In this document: in pieces, positions 18,772-27,981 of the stretch
Layout: each line of letters opens with the position of its first letter
Numbering within the stretch: position 1 is the stretch's first letter
From: Pseudomonadota bacterium
Lineage (GTDB): Bacteria > Bdellovibrionota_B > Oligoflexia > Silvanigrellales > Silvanigrellaceae
Direction: 5' to 3'
Assembly: GCA_039799905.1 (NCBI GenBank)
Contig: JBDLRP010000007.1
Span: 1-34,076, forward strand
DNA: 34,076 bases
Notes under the pieces: generated by a model
What the model was told of the DNA's origin: nothing
Databases searched by the model: none
What the model saw: the letters and a program-made list of their open reading frames with translations, nothing else
Made by a program: the position numbers and the translations under genes

Positions 18772-19869
18772 ATGCCGAAGTCAATCAAAACTGTGCGTCT
18801 TCTGCTCTCCGCTGTGAGCGCGCTGATGCTGACGACTGCCTGTGGTGCAAGCAACGGAGAAGGCTCGGGCAGCAGCCTGCAGACTGGCTCCCGGCAAAAC
18901 GGCATGGGAACAGCCCAATCCATCCCACTCGTCAATGACGAAATAACAACAACTATATCCGCTAAAATAAAAGACAAATGTACTGAAATTCATTCCGCAT
19001 CAGTGGCGGAATTGAAGTCCTGTCAGTCGGCGTCTGACGCCTTGGCGCGGGAACTCGGCTTCGACTACATCAGACGATCGGATGGAAACTCGGCTTTTGT
19101 TTTTATGAGCAAGAGACTGCAGTCGTTGCTTTCACAGCCAGAGGTCTCGGATTATTTGAATGAGGTTCAGCGAGCATCTTTGGACGCCGTTTATGCCAAT
19201 CAGAAATTCAACCTTTGGGATTTCACGCTGGCGCACGCAAAAGGAAACGAAGAGGTCGCTCTCGAACGCATTGCCGTTCTCTTTCAGGATGGCGCGCGGA
19301 CCGCAGCACAAAAGAAATTCCTTCTTGTCCAGCAGCATCCGATGGCCTTTGTGCTCGGTCAAACGCTCGAGGTTCTAGAAACAGGGCTCGCACAAGGAAA
19401 GATCACGGCATATCCTTCTTCTGTTCAGCTTCGTAGAACGGCCCACTATCACTACTTTGTTCCACGGTTTCTGGCGCAGCGGCTTAAAAAGACGGGACAT
19501 GGCAGCGCAGCGGCTGCACGCTTGCCTTTTCTGTTCAACTCGCTTTACGAGCTCAGACAAATCCAGAAGTCCCAAAATCCAAATATCGACAGCCATTATA
19601 AGCCTGTCCGGTTCGACGATGATGCAAGTGCGGCGCTGCGTGGTTTTGTCGACAAATGGAATAGCTTCGACGAGCTCTACAGTGATTTGCTCGACCACCT
19701 GACAGCATCCCTTGTTCCGTTCAACACTCAGGGTCAGAGTGACAACCTCGAAGACCTGTATCTCGGCTATGCGGGAGCACTGCATGGCAGCGGGCGTGGT
19801 GGATTGGTGACGTATTCTCAGTTTGTTGGGGAATTTGCCAAAAATCCCGCTCAATTTTTATCAAAGTAA
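18772..19869 (+). CDS. Hypothetical helical lipoprotein
   Basis: Lipobox TTAC; AGGAG RBS; 365-aa ORF 27 nt after the M48 gene; no family recognised. Confidence 0.7.
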   Translation: MPKSIKTVRLLLSAVSALMLTTACGASNGEGSGSSLQTGSRQNGMGTAQSIPLVNDEITTTISAKIKDKCTEIHSASVAELKSCQSASDALARELGFDYIRRSDGNSAFVFMSKRLQSLLSQPEVSDYLNEVQRASLDAVYANQKFNLWDFTLAHAKGNEEVALERIAVLFQDGARTAAQKKFLLVQQHPMAFVLGQTLEVLETGLAQGKITAYPSSVQLRRTAHYHYFVPRFLAQRLKKTGHGSAAAARLPFLFNSLYELRQIQKSQNPNIDSHYKPVRFDDDASAALRGFVDKWNSFDELYSDLLDHLTASLVPFNTQGQSDNLEDLYLGYAGALHGSGRGGLVTYSQFVGEFAKNPAQFLSK

Positions 19870-19912
19870 GCCATCGAAAAGAATGAAGAAAAAATCGCCT
19901 TCGCAGCCTGGT

Positions 19913-19940
19913 TAAATATTGGCCAATGACCGGCCGATAC
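19913..19940 (+). promoter_or_regulatory. sigma28 (FliA)-type promoter
   Basis: TAAA-N16-GCCGATAC, followed by the GAGGTGAGG RBS and ATG 19959. Confidence 0.6.
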
Positions 19941-19958
19941 GAACCCCGAGGTGAGGCG

Positions 19959-21602
19959 ATGACTGACCTGTTGACAAGAAACAACGACAGCTTTGCAATC
20001 AGACGCTTAATTGCTGCTGGAGCACTCCTGCTCATTGTTGGATGCAGCGCGACCTCCACGTCGCGCTCGCAGAACCAAGGGGCGAATTGCCCAAAATCGC
20101 CCGTCGCTGGAAACGGCAAAAGCGGGCGGGACAACGCGTCATTGAATTTGTCGTTTGGCGGGTCATCCCAGCTGACAGATGACAACGACAGCGGGATTGG
20201 CACGGGTTATTTGGACATCTCAACGAAGAATTTGGCTGGTGAGAAGGAGAGCAGGCGTTGCACGGTGCACTTGCGGCCTATCGACAGCTCAAACTCGGTT
20301 GTCAGGCTTTGGACCGCGGGCCACTGTTTCTTCGACCCGCAAACAGTTGAATTTCAGAATTCAACATACACTGCCCAGATTTATTTGAACGGCGGCTATT
20401 TTTCTGCCGCTGTGGATCTCGAAGGAATTCCGGAACTCGGTAAATTTTCCAAAGCCGTTGTTGCATTTCTTGGTCTTGCGAATATCCCTGAAATCAACAC
20501 GATTGTGGGCGAGACCTTTCAGGCGTTGCCATCAGCGACTGGTCAGAACTGCATTGACGACGGAAATATCTTCAAGGGAAATTTGAGCAACGCGAAATCC
20601 GTTGCATGCTTCGCACGCAGTGAGGTACGCGGTTTCAAAGCAAAACTTTCACTCAGTGAAAAAACATCTCCGCATATGAAAAGGGTTATGGATACCCTTC
20701 GTGCGCGCGAGTCGGCTGCACTTTCAAAACTTGACGCATCCAGCAAAAAGCAGCTTGAGTATTATCAGGCTGCACATTTTGCGGAAGTCCGCCGGCTAGC
20801 CGACCTGCGCAGCCTGGCATTTGCGCTCAACAAAAGAATCTGCGACGTTTACGAAAGCAACAACAAGTCGGAAATTGACCCAGAGCTGTATGATGCGAGT
20901 CTAAAAAAATACGATTCAGTTGCAATGTGTGGCACACAACTCGGACAGACATACCGTGACCTGATTGTAAATCAACTGAGTCAGTCGGGTATGCTTCCCG
21001 AATCGGATTTATCGATGATGAAACAATATTGGGAAGTACCCAGCGGCGGTCAGACCCTCCAGACACTGCGAGCTCGCTCGATGAGCTGCAACGTGACGAA
21101 CATTGCCACCGTCACGCAATCAGCAGATCAACTGACACCCTGCGATATGGGAATTCTTGCTGTGCAGGGTTGGGCTAAATGGGTCGACAATGGCACACAA
21201 CCTGTTTCTGTGTCCGACGGCCTTTACAGTGACAGCCAGTTCGGCTTCAATCCCGAGTCTTATTTCACACTGATTACCAACGCTGCCGAGACGTCGGCAC
21301 AACTCGCCAGCGGAGCACGCGGCAAAGCAAGGGTTATCCCTCTCAACGTCTCTTCGGTCCTAAATTTTGGAACCAAGGTCAGCTCCCAACATGGCAACAC
21401 CATGCTCATCAATTTCGATAGTGCTGCCCAGAGAATTTATCTGTCGAAAGGTGACAGCGGCTCGATGCTCTCGGTGTTTGGATACTTCCCGATGGGACTC
21501 CTCTCGACTGTCGACGGCGAAAAAACAGCGGGAGGCGCAAGCGTCACACCACTGCCGGAAGTGGACAGCGAAGATATCGCTGTTTCAAACGGCGGCTGCT
21601 GA
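19959..21602 (+). CDS. Lipoprotein, trypsin-like serine protease with a large insertion
   Basis: Lipobox IVGC; RCTV...WTAGHC and KGDSGS canonical S1 motifs 378 codons apart. Confidence 0.7.
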   Translation: MTDLLTRNNDSFAIRRLIAAGALLLIVGCSATSTSRSQNQGANCPKSPVAGNGKSGRDNASLNLSFGGSSQLTDDNDSGIGTGYLDISTKNLAGEKESRRCTVHLRPIDSSNSVVRLWTAGHCFFDPQTVEFQNSTYTAQIYLNGGYFSAAVDLEGIPELGKFSKAVVAFLGLANIPEINTIVGETFQALPSATGQNCIDDGNIFKGNLSNAKSVACFARSEVRGFKAKLSLSEKTSPHMKRVMDTLRARESAALSKLDASSKKQLEYYQAAHFAEVRRLADLRSLAFALNKRICDVYESNNKSEIDPELYDASLKKYDSVAMCGTQLGQTYRDLIVNQLSQSGMLPESDLSMMKQYWEVPSGGQTLQTLRARSMSCNVTNIATVTQSADQLTPCDMGILAVQGWAKWVDNGTQPVSVSDGLYSDSQFGFNPESYFTLITNAAETSAQLASGARGKARVIPLNVSSVLNFGTKVSSQHGNTMLINFDSAAQRIYLSKGDSGSMLSVFGYFPMGLLSTVDGEKTAGGASVTPLPEVDSEDIAVSNGGC

Positions 21603-22352
21603 GTTCGGAGCGAGTCTGAGTTTCCGAAGGACAAACGACTCTACAGCAGACAGAGCAAAATGGATCAAAAGGCCAAAGGCTGAAACGACAGCCAACACGG
21701 CAAACAACCGTGCAGTCTCCTGATTGTAAGCCGCCATGAGCAATCGGTATGCAAGTCCGAGCTCCTGCCCGCCAGTGCCAGCGACAAACTCAGCACCCAC
21801 TGCTCCCACCAATGACAGACCGCCGCAAATCCTGAGGCCATTGAGTATGTACGGCAGCGCCGAGGGTAGCTCGAGATGCCACAGCCGGCGAAACATCGGT
21901 GCTTCGTACAAACTGAACAACCGCTGCAGATTTGCATCGGCTTTCCCCAAACCAGAAACCGTAGAGCTGATCATCGGATAAACACACACCAACCATGCAC
22001 ACGCAAGAAGAGCCAGAAAAGCATTATTGCGGAACCAGATGATCAACAAAGGAGCAACCGAGACCACTGGAGTGGTCTGCAACAAAATGGTGAACGGGAA
22101 AATGGAGTTGCGGAAATTCTTGGAAACGTGAGCAGCCAGGCCAATCAAAAATCCGCTCACGACAGCAATCAAAAATGCACCAACGGTCAGCTGCGCCGTA
22201 AACATAAATGACTTAAAAAGTGACTCTGTGTCTTTTCCCAGAGCTTTTACAATCGCCGTCGGTGCCGGCAGCATCCAAGACGGTATTGAAGAGACCCTGC
22301 ACACAATTTCCCAGCACGCGACAACCAAAAGAAAAAACAAAAGACTGCGCAT
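21585..22352 (-). CDS. ABC transporter permease, nitrate/sulfonate (SsuC/TauC-like) family
   Basis: WEIVCR...LPAP, QTTPVVSVAPLL, ELPSALPYI, GAEF motifs; adjacent to the ATPase. Confidence 0.9.
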   Translation of the reverse strand: MRSLLFFLLVVACWEIVCRVSSIPSWMLPAPTAIVKALGKDTESLFKSFMFTAQLTVGAFLIAVVSGFLIGLAAHVSKNFRNSIFPFTILLQTTPVVSVAPLLIIWFRNNAFLALLACAWLVCVYPMISSTVSGLGKADANLQRLFSLYEAPMFRRLWHLELPSALPYILNGLRICGGLSLVGAVGAEFVAGTGGQELGLAYRLLMAAYNQETARLFAVLAVVSAFGLLIHFALSAVESFVLRKLRLAPNSAAAV

Positions 22353-22353
22353 T

Positions 22354-23118
22354 TCAGACTTCTCCGCGTGAGGATTTGAACCACAGCTCACGGATTTCCC
22401 GCCGCAATTCATTCAATGCTGGCGCGTCGCGCCTGAACGCTTCATCGCTTTTGGGCTGAAGGTATTCTTTCAAAACCCTGCCGTTTTGTGCAAAGACAAA
22501 AACTCTCCGGCACAAGTACAGTGCCTCTTCGATATTGTGGGTCACAAGAATGAAGGCTGTAGAGCTATTCTGTTGCAATTTCAGTAAATCATCCTGCAGC
22601 CGCTCGCGGGTCATGTCATCAAGTGCTGCAAATGGCTCATCCAGCAACAGGAGTTGTGGCTTGTTGATGAGCGCGCGTGCAAGAGCAACACGCATCCTCA
22701 TCCCGCCCGATAACTCATCGGGATAGGCATCGGCGGATTCCAATAGACCCACTTGCTCGAGCTGGGCATCGATGTTGGAGCGGAGCACGACAGCATCTGT
22801 AGACGATGCATTCGCGAGCACATCGACCAATGCGATGTTCTCGCGCACGGTCTTCCACGGGAACAAAGACGGATCCTGAAAAACAAAAGAAATTTTATCT
22901 GAAGTGACTTTGCGCACGACGTTTCCGTGCGTCGGCTTTAAAAGACCGGAGAGCAGGTTCAACAGCGTGCTCTTACCGCATCCGGAGGGACCAAGAAATG
23001 CGATTCTGTCGCCGGCGTTCACCGAGAGACTAAAATCTTCGATGACCCTGCGGGAGGAAAAACTGAGACTGACGTTTTTGCACTCGACCAGCGGAAAGGC
23101 TGTCAGCTCTACATTCAT
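22354..23118 (-). CDS. ABC transporter ATP-binding protein (SsuB/TauB-like)
   Basis: GPSGCGKST, VFQD, LSGGMRMR, LLLLDEPFAALD, VTH; GGAGAGG RBS. Confidence 0.93.
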   Translation of the reverse strand: MNVELTAFPLVECKNVSLSFSSRRVIEDFSLSVNAGDRIAFLGPSGCGKSTLLNLLSGLLKPTHGNVVRKVTSDKISFVFQDPSLFPWKTVRENIALVDVLANASSTDAVVLRSNIDAQLEQVGLLESADAYPDELSGGMRMRVALARALINKPQLLLLDEPFAALDDMTRERLQDDLLKLQQNSSTAFILVTHNIEEALYLCRRVFVFAQNGRVLKEYLQPKSDEAFRRDAPALNELRREIRELWFKSSRGEV

Positions 23119-23172
23119 GACCTCTCCTTCAATGACATGAATCCGCAAAAGGAATAATTGAACTTCAAAGCT

Positions 23173-24258
23173 TCAAACAAGTGCCAGCCCCATGCCGTGA
23201 CCGGCAGGCAAACCAAGTCTCGCCGACTTGCCATGGTAGGGACTGGTTTTTGTGATCCTCTTCTGCAGAAAAAAAGGCGTATCAAGGTCGCACCATTGAA
23301 TATTGCCTGTTCCGCACACGGCGTGCAGGGAAGCGGTCATGCCAATCTCACTTTCGACCATGCCGCCAATCATCAGCGGTATCGACGCGCGCCTTGCGAT
23401 CTCGGCAATCAACAGCGACTCGCGGATACCGGACTTCATGAATTTCAGATTGATCATGTGCGCACATTTCTCATGGATCACACGAATCGCATCGTTCATA
23501 GTCTTGACAGTTTCATCGGCACAAACCGGAATTGGAAGAGTTTCACTCAGGCGCGACATGCCGGCGAAATCATCTTCCGGCAAGGGTTGTTCAAAGAAGA
23601 GCGGTTGAATTCTTCTTGATATCAGCTCAAAGACAAGCCGCTTTGCAGAATCGACGTGAAACCCCTGATTGCCGTCGAGGCTGATACGCATTTGCGCGCC
23701 TGAAAGTCGCACCACTTCCTGAACGCGCGCCACGTCATCATCAAGGGTCCCGTCACCGACCTTGACCTTCACATAGGAAAACTCGTGATCAGAAAAATGT
23801 TGCCAAAAGCGTGATACGTCTTCGGCCGGAAGACACGGAAGAGTGATGTCGGTGTGTGCACTCTGTAAATTCGCTCTTCCCCAGAGTGCGGCCAATGGAC
23901 AACCCAACTGACGTGCATGCAGGTCCCACAATGCCATTTCGATACCCGTTCGAGCCGATGGGGCAAACGAAAATGCTGGCCAAAGTTCGTTGTGCAACTT
24001 CTCCAAAGCAGCGGCAGGTTGCAAACCGGAGAGCTGATTAGCCATATCTGCCGCTGCCTTCAGGGCGATTTCCTGAGTGTCGCCGGTGAGAACCGGAAAG
24101 GGAGCCGCTTCGCCCAAACCGACTCGGCCGGCGTCGTCCGAACAGCTCAACAGCACATTTGCGACAACTTCCACGCTGCCCTTTGAAATATTGAAAGGCA
24201 TATGCAAAGCGGACTCCAACGACTGAACGGTGAAGGTTGTGATCGGAGACGATTGCAT
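23173..24258 (-). CDS. Dipeptide epimerase (L-Ala-D/L-Glu epimerase-like, enolase superfamily)
   Basis: GLGEAAP, KVKVG, DGNQG, EQP, ADE, INLK, GGMVES, CDLD motifs; GGGAG RBS before MQSS. Confidence 0.88.
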   Translation of the reverse strand: MQSSPITTFTVQSLESALHMPFNISKGSVEVVANVLLSCSDDAGRVGLGEAAPFPVLTGDTQEIALKAAADMANQLSGLQPAAALEKLHNELWPAFSFAPSARTGIEMALWDLHARQLGCPLAALWGRANLQSAHTDITLPCLPAEDVSRFWQHFSDHEFSYVKVKVGDGTLDDDVARVQEVVRLSGAQMRISLDGNQGFHVDSAKRLVFELISRRIQPLFFEQPLPEDDFAGMSRLSETLPIPVCADETVKTMNDAIRVIHEKCAHMINLKFMKSGIRESLLIAEIARRASIPLMIGGMVESEIGMTASLHAVCGTGNIQWCDLDTPFFLQKRITKTSPYHGKSARLGLPAGHGMGLALV

Positions 24259-24362
24259 TGCGCACTCCCGTGTGACTTTTGCAGCATTGTGCCAATAAAT
24301 TCTGACAGAGGAAAGGTGGATTGCAAACGTGCTAAGCTCGAAACTCAGCTGGGAGGCCATTC

Positions 24363-25643
24363 ATGCAGCAGCCGATCTCTTCAGGACGTGAAAAACTCAT
24401 TCTCCTGCTACTTTCAGCAATCCAATTCTCACACGTCTTGGATTTCATGGTGATGATGCCGCTTGGGCCGCAGCTGATGAGAGTCTTCAACATTACGGCC
24501 AGCGAATTTGGCTACATTGTCTCCTCCTACGGCATCAGTTCAGGCATCGCAGGACTGGCTGTCGCTCCGTTCATCGACAAATACGACCGCAAGCTTTTCC
24601 TCAACATCTGCCTTGTCGGCCTGCTGGCCGGAACACTCCTCTGCGCAGTCGCCGAATCAGCCTCCATGCTGATGTTTGCACGCATCATCGCAGGGTTTTT
24701 CGGCGGAGTTCTGGGCGGGCTGGTGAATGCCATCATTTCGGATATTTTTCCGCCCGAACGCAGAGGATTCGCCATCAGCAGAGTGATGCTCTCATTCTCG
24801 ATTGCATCCATCATTGGCGTTCCAGCAGGGCTCGCTTTGGCAAATTCCTACGGCTGGCATATGCCTTTTTTCGTCGTCTCTGCATTGTTGATCATGCTGC
24901 TTATTCTCGCTCATTTTCGCTTCCCGAATCTTACAGCCCACATAGATCAAGGAATAACTATCCGCAGCCGCATCTTGCAGATCAGTCATCTTCTGATTGA
25001 AAAACCTGCGCTCATTGGATTTTTCACAACGGTGTTCATCATCGTTGGTCAGTTCATGGTGATTCCCTATATCAGCCCCTACCTTGTCAAGAATCTCTCG
25101 TTCAGCGAGCAGCAGCTGCCGCTGCTCTACCTTTTCGGAGGTGCGGCGAGTATTTTCACAATGCCGCTAGTCGGCAAGGCAACCGATAAATTTGGTGTCG
25201 ACAAGGTTTTCCCCGTCGGTGTCCTTATATCAATCATTCCGATGTTCACGCTCACGCATCTGACGACACAAAATCCCGTCCTGATACTCTCGACGACGAC
25301 GTTTTTCATGGTCTGCATGGGGGCAAGAATGGTTCCTTATTCCTCGCTGCTGACAACTGTCGTGGAACCCAAAAAACGTGGAGCGTACCTGAGCCTCAAC
25401 GCCTCCGTTCAGTCGCTCGCACAAGGCGGAGCAGCTCTGCTTGCTGCAAGCCTGATTTCCGAAAATTCTGAAAAGCAACTTGTGGGCTACACAACCTCAG
25501 GATGGATTGCGGCTATTTTCAGCCTCATCACAATCGCGCTGGGCTATCAAATTTCAAAATCCGCAGTGCGTTCAGCACAACCAGAAGGCTTGAAAGCACC
25601 ATCGCAGCCGCAGCCCACATCGGAGTCAGCCGACCCATCATAG
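24363..25643 (+). CDS. MFS transporter
   Basis: About 12 hydrophobic segments; DKYDRK motif A, ARIIAG, PPERRG; GGAGG RBS. Confidence 0.92.
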   Translation: MQQPISSGREKLILLLLSAIQFSHVLDFMVMMPLGPQLMRVFNITASEFGYIVSSYGISSGIAGLAVAPFIDKYDRKLFLNICLVGLLAGTLLCAVAESASMLMFARIIAGFFGGVLGGLVNAIISDIFPPERRGFAISRVMLSFSIASIIGVPAGLALANSYGWHMPFFVVSALLIMLLILAHFRFPNLTAHIDQGITIRSRILQISHLLIEKPALIGFFTTVFIIVGQFMVIPYISPYLVKNLSFSEQQLPLLYLFGGAASIFTMPLVGKATDKFGVDKVFPVGVLISIIPMFTLTHLTTQNPVLILSTTTFFMVCMGARMVPYSSLLTTVVEPKKRGAYLSLNASVQSLAQGGAALLAASLISENSEKQLVGYTTSGWIAAIFSLITIALGYQISKSAVRSAQPEGLKAPSQPQPTSESADPS

Positions 25644-27726
25644 CGAGCGGGATCAACAGTACGTTATAACCAAAGGCCCAAAAAAGATTCTGGCGGATAT
25701 TGCGGAACGTCATGCTGGACAATCGCAGCGCGCTGAGAACTCCCGAAAGACCAGTTTCCTTCAGAGTCAATGCAGCTGTCTGACGTGCGGCATCGGTGCC
25801 ACTGCCCATGGCGATACCAACATCTGCGGCAGCCAGCGCCGGAGCATCGTTGATGCCGTCGCCCAACATGGCAATCACACGACCGTCGGCTTTCAGCCGC
25901 TGAATCAGTTCAGCCTTCATTTGCGGAGTCTGCTCACTGTGAAACTCAATACCCAGATCCGCAGCCAACGCGGCCACAGCGCTGTTGTGATCGCCGGATG
26001 CGAGAATTGACTCGACCTTCATGCGCCTGAGGCTGTGGATGACGTCAGCAGCATCAATCCGAGGAGAGTCTTTCAACAGCCACAACGCACAGACCTGACC
26101 GTCAACCGAGCACACAACCTGGGACGCATCGTTAAACAAGGGAAGGACTGTCTTGTCTTTTTCAGATGGCCGTCCGATTCTGATCTCGTTGCTCCCCGTT
26201 GCCGACCGCCAAAGCGCACGAATTCCTTCACCGGCGATTTCGCGAATATCTGTCAGTCCGTCGGGCTGAACCCTGCTTGTTTTAATCTGTTGCAAGTGGT
26301 TCGTAAGAGCGACTGCGGCAGGATGCTGTGAACGCTGTTCCAGATGAAAAACAATATCAGTGAGAAGTTCTTTGGGCAGCGGTAAAAGTCGTTCTTCGAT
26401 GAGCCATTTTTCGTCTGCGACAGTAAGTTGACCTGTCGTCAGAGTGCCTGTTTTATCAAATACAATTGTGCGCACGGATTGCAGTGCCTCCAGCGCTGCG
26501 AGGTCGCGGAAGAGTATTCCAGCCCTCGCCGCCCTGCCGGTTGCGATCATAACTGCAATGGGCGTGGCCAATCCCAAGGCACACGGGCAAGCAACAACCA
26601 ACACCGACACCGCAGCGTTCATACTGTCGGCCAGCTCGGCACCCACAACAAAATTCCAAATCAAAAATGTGATGACGCTCAAAGCAAGAATGATCGGCAC
26701 AAAAACTGCAGAAGCACGGTCGGCAAGACGCTGTATCGGTGCCTTGGACAACTGAGTGCGCTCGACAAAACTGATGATTTCGCCCAAACGCGTTTGCGCC
26801 CCCACCGCACCGACACCGTAGGTCACTGCACCGCTGATATTCAGCGACCCGGCTACGACCGCATCACCAACATTCTTTGCAACAGGAAGACTCTCTCCTG
26901 TAAGCAACGATTCATCCGCTTCGGTCCGCCCGTCAACAATGACTCCGTCTGCTGCAAATCGTTCTCCAGCGCGACAGACGAGACGATCGTCAGGGCGCAC
27001 AAAGCGCAAATCCACACTTTCCAAGACTGACGGATCCGCGGCCGACGCTCTGAGTGCAGTGAACGGCTGTAATTGCATGAGCGCACCGAGTGACGACGTT
27101 GCGCGCCACACCATGCGATGTTCGATGTATTTTCCGACCAAGACAAACGTGACAATAGCCGCAGCAGTCTCAAAATAGACGTATCCAGTTCCCCGCAAGG
27201 CCTGAACGCACGACCAGATGAAGGTAAAACCCGCACCCAGCGAGACAAGTGTGTCCATATTAGCCGTGCGTTGCACCAGCAGTTTTCCGGCTTTGACGAA
27301 AAATTCACGTGCAGGACCCACCAACAGTGCGAAGGTCAATGCCGCTTCGAGCGCAAGAATCCATGCAATGCTTGACCACTCATGAACCATACCGATGACA
27401 ATGACCGGAGTACCTAGAATAAGTGCGTACACGAGACGTCGCTGCGCCGCGAGATGCTCGGAGCGATGACGTTCCTCGAGGGAAAGTCCACGCGACACAG
27501 GCTCTGCCTTAAATCCAAGATTGTTAATCAGCTGAGCGACCGCCATGGGCTCCAGAGGAGTGCGAACGGTTGCAGTCTTGTTGGCGAAATTGACAACAAC
27601 CTGTTCAATGTCATGGTTGTTGCCCAAAGTGCGCTCAATGCGTGAAGCACATCCGCTACAGCTCATTCCCTGAATTGAAAATTCCCTGATCTCAGACATA
27701 TTTGTTTTCATGATAATTCCCGTCAT
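25528..27726 (-). CDS. copA: Copper-translocating P1B-type ATPase
   Basis: GMSCSGC HMA, YFET, TGES, CPC, DKTGT, HP, GDGIND, YN and MxxSS Cu(I) ligands; start may be 27711 or 27699. Confidence 0.92.
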   Translation of the reverse strand: MTGIIMKTNMSEIREFSIQGMSCSGCASRIERTLGNNHDIEQVVVNFANKTATVRTPLEPMAVAQLINNLGFKAEPVSRGLSLEERHRSEHLAAQRRLVYALILGTPVIVIGMVHEWSSIAWILALEAALTFALLVGPAREFFVKAGKLLVQRTANMDTLVSLGAGFTFIWSCVQALRGTGYVYFETAAAIVTFVLVGKYIEHRMVWRATSSLGALMQLQPFTALRASAADPSVLESVDLRFVRPDDRLVCRAGERFAADGVIVDGRTEADESLLTGESLPVAKNVGDAVVAGSLNISGAVTYGVGAVGAQTRLGEIISFVERTQLSKAPIQRLADRASAVFVPIILALSVITFLIWNFVVGAELADSMNAAVSVLVVACPCALGLATPIAVMIATGRAARAGILFRDLAALEALQSVRTIVFDKTGTLTTGQLTVADEKWLIEERLLPLPKELLTDIVFHLEQRSQHPAAVALTNHLQQIKTSRVQPDGLTDIREIAGEGIRALWRSATGSNEIRIGRPSEKDKTVLPLFNDASQVVCSVDGQVCALWLLKDSPRIDAADVIHSLRRMKVESILASGDHNSAVAALAADLGIEFHSEQTPQMKAELIQRLKADGRVIAMLGDGINDAPALAAADVGIAMGSGTDAARQTAALTLKETGLSGVLSALRLSSMTFRNIRQNLFWAFGYNVLLIPLAMMGRLTPMWAAAAMVLSSLLVVLNALRILKFDSPARL

Positions 27727-27909
27727 ATCTTCGCGATGTACCTAGCTCGCGGGTCATAGCACAGTATCGAGCGCATGCAGAACACAGGTTTTCCGTCTTT
27801 CATCCGATCAATGGACATTGCCGGCTGTCTGCTTAACTAAAATCCCGCGACATAAGTGTCCGAAACTAAATATTTAACCAAATAATTTCGGTTATTTATG
27901 TGTAAGCTG

Positions 27910-27936
27910 TAAAATTTCCTCGAATTTGGCCGATAG
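27910..27936 (+). promoter_or_regulatory. sigma28 (FliA)-type promoter for the pilin-like operon
   Basis: TAAA-N15-GCCGATAG, 11/12 match to TAAA-N15-GCCGATAA with canonical spacing. Confidence 0.72.
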
Positions 27937-27981
27937 CCTCATATGGACGTGGGTGACTCTACCGATTTTTGAGGCTGGGAA

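Noticed and set aside
24281..24294. Minus-strand TGGCACAATGCTGC as a sigma54 promoter for the epimerase
   Set aside because: GG-to-GC spacing is one base short of the strict requirement, and it lies very close to the RBS
27860..27897. Short inverted repeats (CCGAAA...TTTCGG; AAATAA-N6-TTATTT) between copA and the pilin operon as a CueR/CsoR operator
   Set aside because: Arms are only 6 bp in AT-rich DNA and do not match CueR or CsoR consensus as I know them
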